A DNA stretch of 35,603 bases from an uncultured Nitrospinaceae bacterium (GTDB lineage: Bacteria > Nitrospinota > Nitrospinia > Nitrospinales > VA-1), in assembly GCA_964412825.1 (NCBI GenBank), contig CAYPQH010000004.1:2642-38244 (forward strand), written 5' to 3'. Every line of letters begins with the position of its first letter. Position 1 is the stretch's first letter. This document shows, piece after piece, positions 33,790 to 35,603 of the stretch. The position numbers and the translations under genes were made by a program. Below the pieces are notes generated by a model. It saw nothing but the letters and a program-made list of their open reading frames with translations. It searched no databases and was not told where the DNA came from.

Positions 33790-33984
33790 TCAGGATTGTA
33801 CGGATTCTTTGATTTTTTCAGATTGTTCTTTATTCACCCGACCCAGCCCAATACGTCGCTTTTCTGTTTTGTTGCACCACCTGCAGGTTCGTTCCTCACC
33901 GCCTTCACGCTCGTTGAAATTCCAGTGAAATACAGACCAATCGGACCATTGGTGGTTATTCAATATCCAACACAAAATTTTCAT
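33790..33984 (-). CDS. Small hypothetical protein (64 aa) with Trp/Cys-rich N-terminal half
   Basis: GGGAGA lies 7 nt upstream of the ATG. Sequence MKILCWILNNHQWSDWSVFHWNF...RTCRWCNKTEKR, with a basic/acidic tail. No family assigned. Confidence 0.45.
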   Translation of the reverse strand: MKILCWILNNHQWSDWSVFHWNFNEREGGEERTCRWCNKTEKRRIGLGRVNKEQSEKIKESVQS

Positions 33985-34269
33985 CTAAGTATCTCCCGCA
34001 TTTTCTTTCTAAAACATGGCGGGCAAATCTTGCCCCTGACCACTCCGATTGAGACTGTATTAATCAAATTGATATAATTTTAATTAAAGGAATTTCTTAA
34101 ATCTTAATTAATCAAGATTATACTGTCGGCCCTTTTTGTCAACATTTTTTGAAAATTTTTTTCCGCCAAAATGGACACAAATTATGGGAGTGCTGAAAGG
34201 AGAAATGGTAATTCGGAGGTTCTATAAAAAATGCGCGGAATTCTTACTCATTCATAGGGTGGGTTCGGG

Positions 34270-35196
34270 TTACTGATAAATTTCTTTTAGAACTTTATCT
34301 GCTCCCATGGCCAAAATTTCTTTTCCAAGCTCCTGGCCGAGTTGCTTCGCTTCCGTCAGAAGCTTCTGTTGGGACGCCTGAAATATGGTTTTACCATCCA
34401 GACTTGCCACCAAACCAGAGAGAGTTATGTTTTTTTCTTCGAGAGTGGCATACGCCCCAATGGGCACCTGACAACCGCCATCCAACACATCAACGAAAGA
34501 CCGCTCCGCATCCAGCGCCAAATGAGTTTCTTCGTGATCGAGGGCCATGATCGCCTCTAACACCTCCGGGTCGTGCTTTCTGGTTTCGATGCCCACGGCA
34601 CCCTGCCCCATCGCCGGTAAAATTATTTCCGCCGGGATTATCTGGGCAATTTTATCTGCCCATCCCATTCGGCGTAGCCCTGCGGCGGCCAGAATGATCG
34701 CGTCCAGTCCTTCGGAATCCAGCTTTTTGATTCTGGTGTCGATATTGCCGCGCAGGGGAACAATCTCTAAATCAGGGCGATACTTTAATAATTGAGAACT
34801 CCGCCGCAAACTACCTGTGCCTATTTTGGCGTTTTTTGGCAAATCGTCGAGTTTGATATTATCTCTGGAAATGAGAGCATCGAAGGGATTTTCCCGTTCA
34901 GTGACAACCGAAATTTCCAGTTCGTAGGGAATTTTCATCGGCACGTCCTTCATGCTGTGAACGGCGATGTCCACCTCACGACGTAGAAGAGCTTCCTCAA
35001 TTTCCTTGACGAACAATCCCTTGCCGCCAATTTTAGTCAGAGGAACGTCCTGAATTTTGTCCCCGGAAGTTTTGATGATTGTGATCTCCACCTGCAATCC
35101 GCTATGGAGTTCTTCCAACTGGGACTTTATCCAGTTCGCCTGCCAAAGAGCCAGCCCACTGCCCCGGCTTCCGATGATGAGTTTTTCCAGATCCAT
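34270..35196 (-). CDS. hemC: Hydroxymethylbilane synthase (porphobilinogen deaminase)
   Basis: 308 aa. IGSRGS.LALWQA, IKT.GDK, GGKGLFVKE.E, HS.KD.P, RGN..TR..KL, and the cofactor Cys context GGCQVPIGAYA. Confidence 0.93.
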   Translation of the reverse strand: MDLEKLIIGSRGSGLALWQANWIKSQLEELHSGLQVEITIIKTSGDKIQDVPLTKIGGKGLFVKEIEEALLRREVDIAVHSMKDVPMKIPYELEISVVTERENPFDALISRDNIKLDDLPKNAKIGTGSLRRSSQLLKYRPDLEIVPLRGNIDTRIKKLDSEGLDAIILAAAGLRRMGWADKIAQIIPAEIILPAMGQGAVGIETRKHDPEVLEAIMALDHEETHLALDAERSFVDVLDGGCQVPIGAYATLEEKNITLSGLVASLDGKTIFQASQQKLLTEAKQLGQELGKEILAMGADKVLKEIYQ

Positions 35197-35603
35197 TCAG
35201 TCGTCCAGGTGAAAAAGATGGCGAATTGCTTTCAGGTATACATGACCTTCCTGGGACTGAGTCTGCTTTTTAAGATTGATGGTGGGCTTGTGAAAAATTT
35301 TATTGAGGATGGATTGAGTCATCAGGTTGAGGGTGTTTTTATCCTGATCTGAAAGACGCTCCATTTTACCGAGCGCTTTCTCCAGTTCAGTTTTACGTAT
35401 GCTTTCGGCCTGATTTCGTATTTCCACAATCGTCGGAACCGCGTCGAGTGAAACCACCCAGTTGTTAAACTTGGTCACTTCTTTCTGGATGAGCTCCATT
35501 GCGGTTTCCGCTTCCTTTTCCCTCTCTTTGACATTGGCACTCACCACGCTTTGCAGATCGTCTATGTCGTACAAATAAACGTTCTCCAGATCGTTGACTT
35601 CCG
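35197..35603 (-). CDS. hemA: Glutamyl-tRNA reductase, C-terminal part (the 5' end lies beyond the window edge)
   Basis: The minus strand reads ...VNDLENVYLYDIDDLQSVV..., then the helical dimerisation domain (ILNKIFHKPTINLK). The stop TGA is immediately followed by the hemC ATG. Confidence 0.88.
   Translation of the reverse strand, partial: EVNDLENVYLYDIDDLQSVVSANVKEREKEAETAMELIQKEVTKFNNWVVSLDAVPTIVEIRNQAESIRKTELEKALGKMERLSDQDKNTLNLMTQSILNKIFHKPTINLKKQTQSQEGHVYLKAIRHLFHLDD

Noticed and set aside
1-35603. CRISPR arrays, rRNA/tRNA genes, transposases, integrases, known defence systems
   Set aside because: I looked for regularly spaced direct repeats, conserved rRNA/tRNA strings and hallmark catalytic motifs in the ORF translations (DDE, tyrosine/serine recombinase, RT, Cas). 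I found none. A short or degenerate array could be missed by eye.

Overview
This 35.6-kb window comes from a diderm (Gram-negative-type) bacterium. GC content is moderate to low, roughly 30-55% on the 60-nt lines I counted by hand. I cannot assign a taxon. Most of it is densely packed chromosomal housekeeping and envelope genes.

- **1-11844, minus strand:** partial trpE/pabB-family gene, then a long envelope cluster: tolC-family gene, HlyD/MacA adaptor, tamA, tamB, ABC ATPase, MacB/FtsX permease.
- **12274-20118:** MerR-HTH::receiver response regulator, split transketolase (N and C subunits), asnB-type amidotransferase, a small Cys-rich ORF, DJ-1/PfpI, ubiE/menG, HtrA-type protease.
- **20119-25500, accessory-looking stretch:** copZ; a ~1.9-kb cassette holding a strongly GC-rich (~60%+) segment open in several overlapping frames on both strands; a 298-codon secreted-protein ORF with a Gly/Arg/Pro tail; a truncated second copy of the copZ 5' end. 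Then small orphan ORFs, a ~700-bp non-coding tract, a FlgM-like anti-sigma gene with a coupled 58-codon upstream ORF, an RNI-type LRR protein and a DUF2959-like lipoprotein.
- **25856-29034:** two DUF1538-type membrane proteins, an AT-rich orphan gene, a PII-like protein and a CBS-pair protein.
- **29085-35603:** cytochrome c, membrane protein, DUF1566 protein, nadC, glutamate dehydrogenase, hemC and partial hemA.

I saw no rRNA, tRNA, CRISPR array, transposase, integrase or reverse transcriptase.

Best candidates for novelty:
1. The DUF1538 x2 / PII-like / CBS module.
2. The copZ-repeat-bounded GC-rich cassette.
3. TamAB nested inside a MacAB-TolC-type operon.

All family assignments come from motif recognition by eye, not from database searches.
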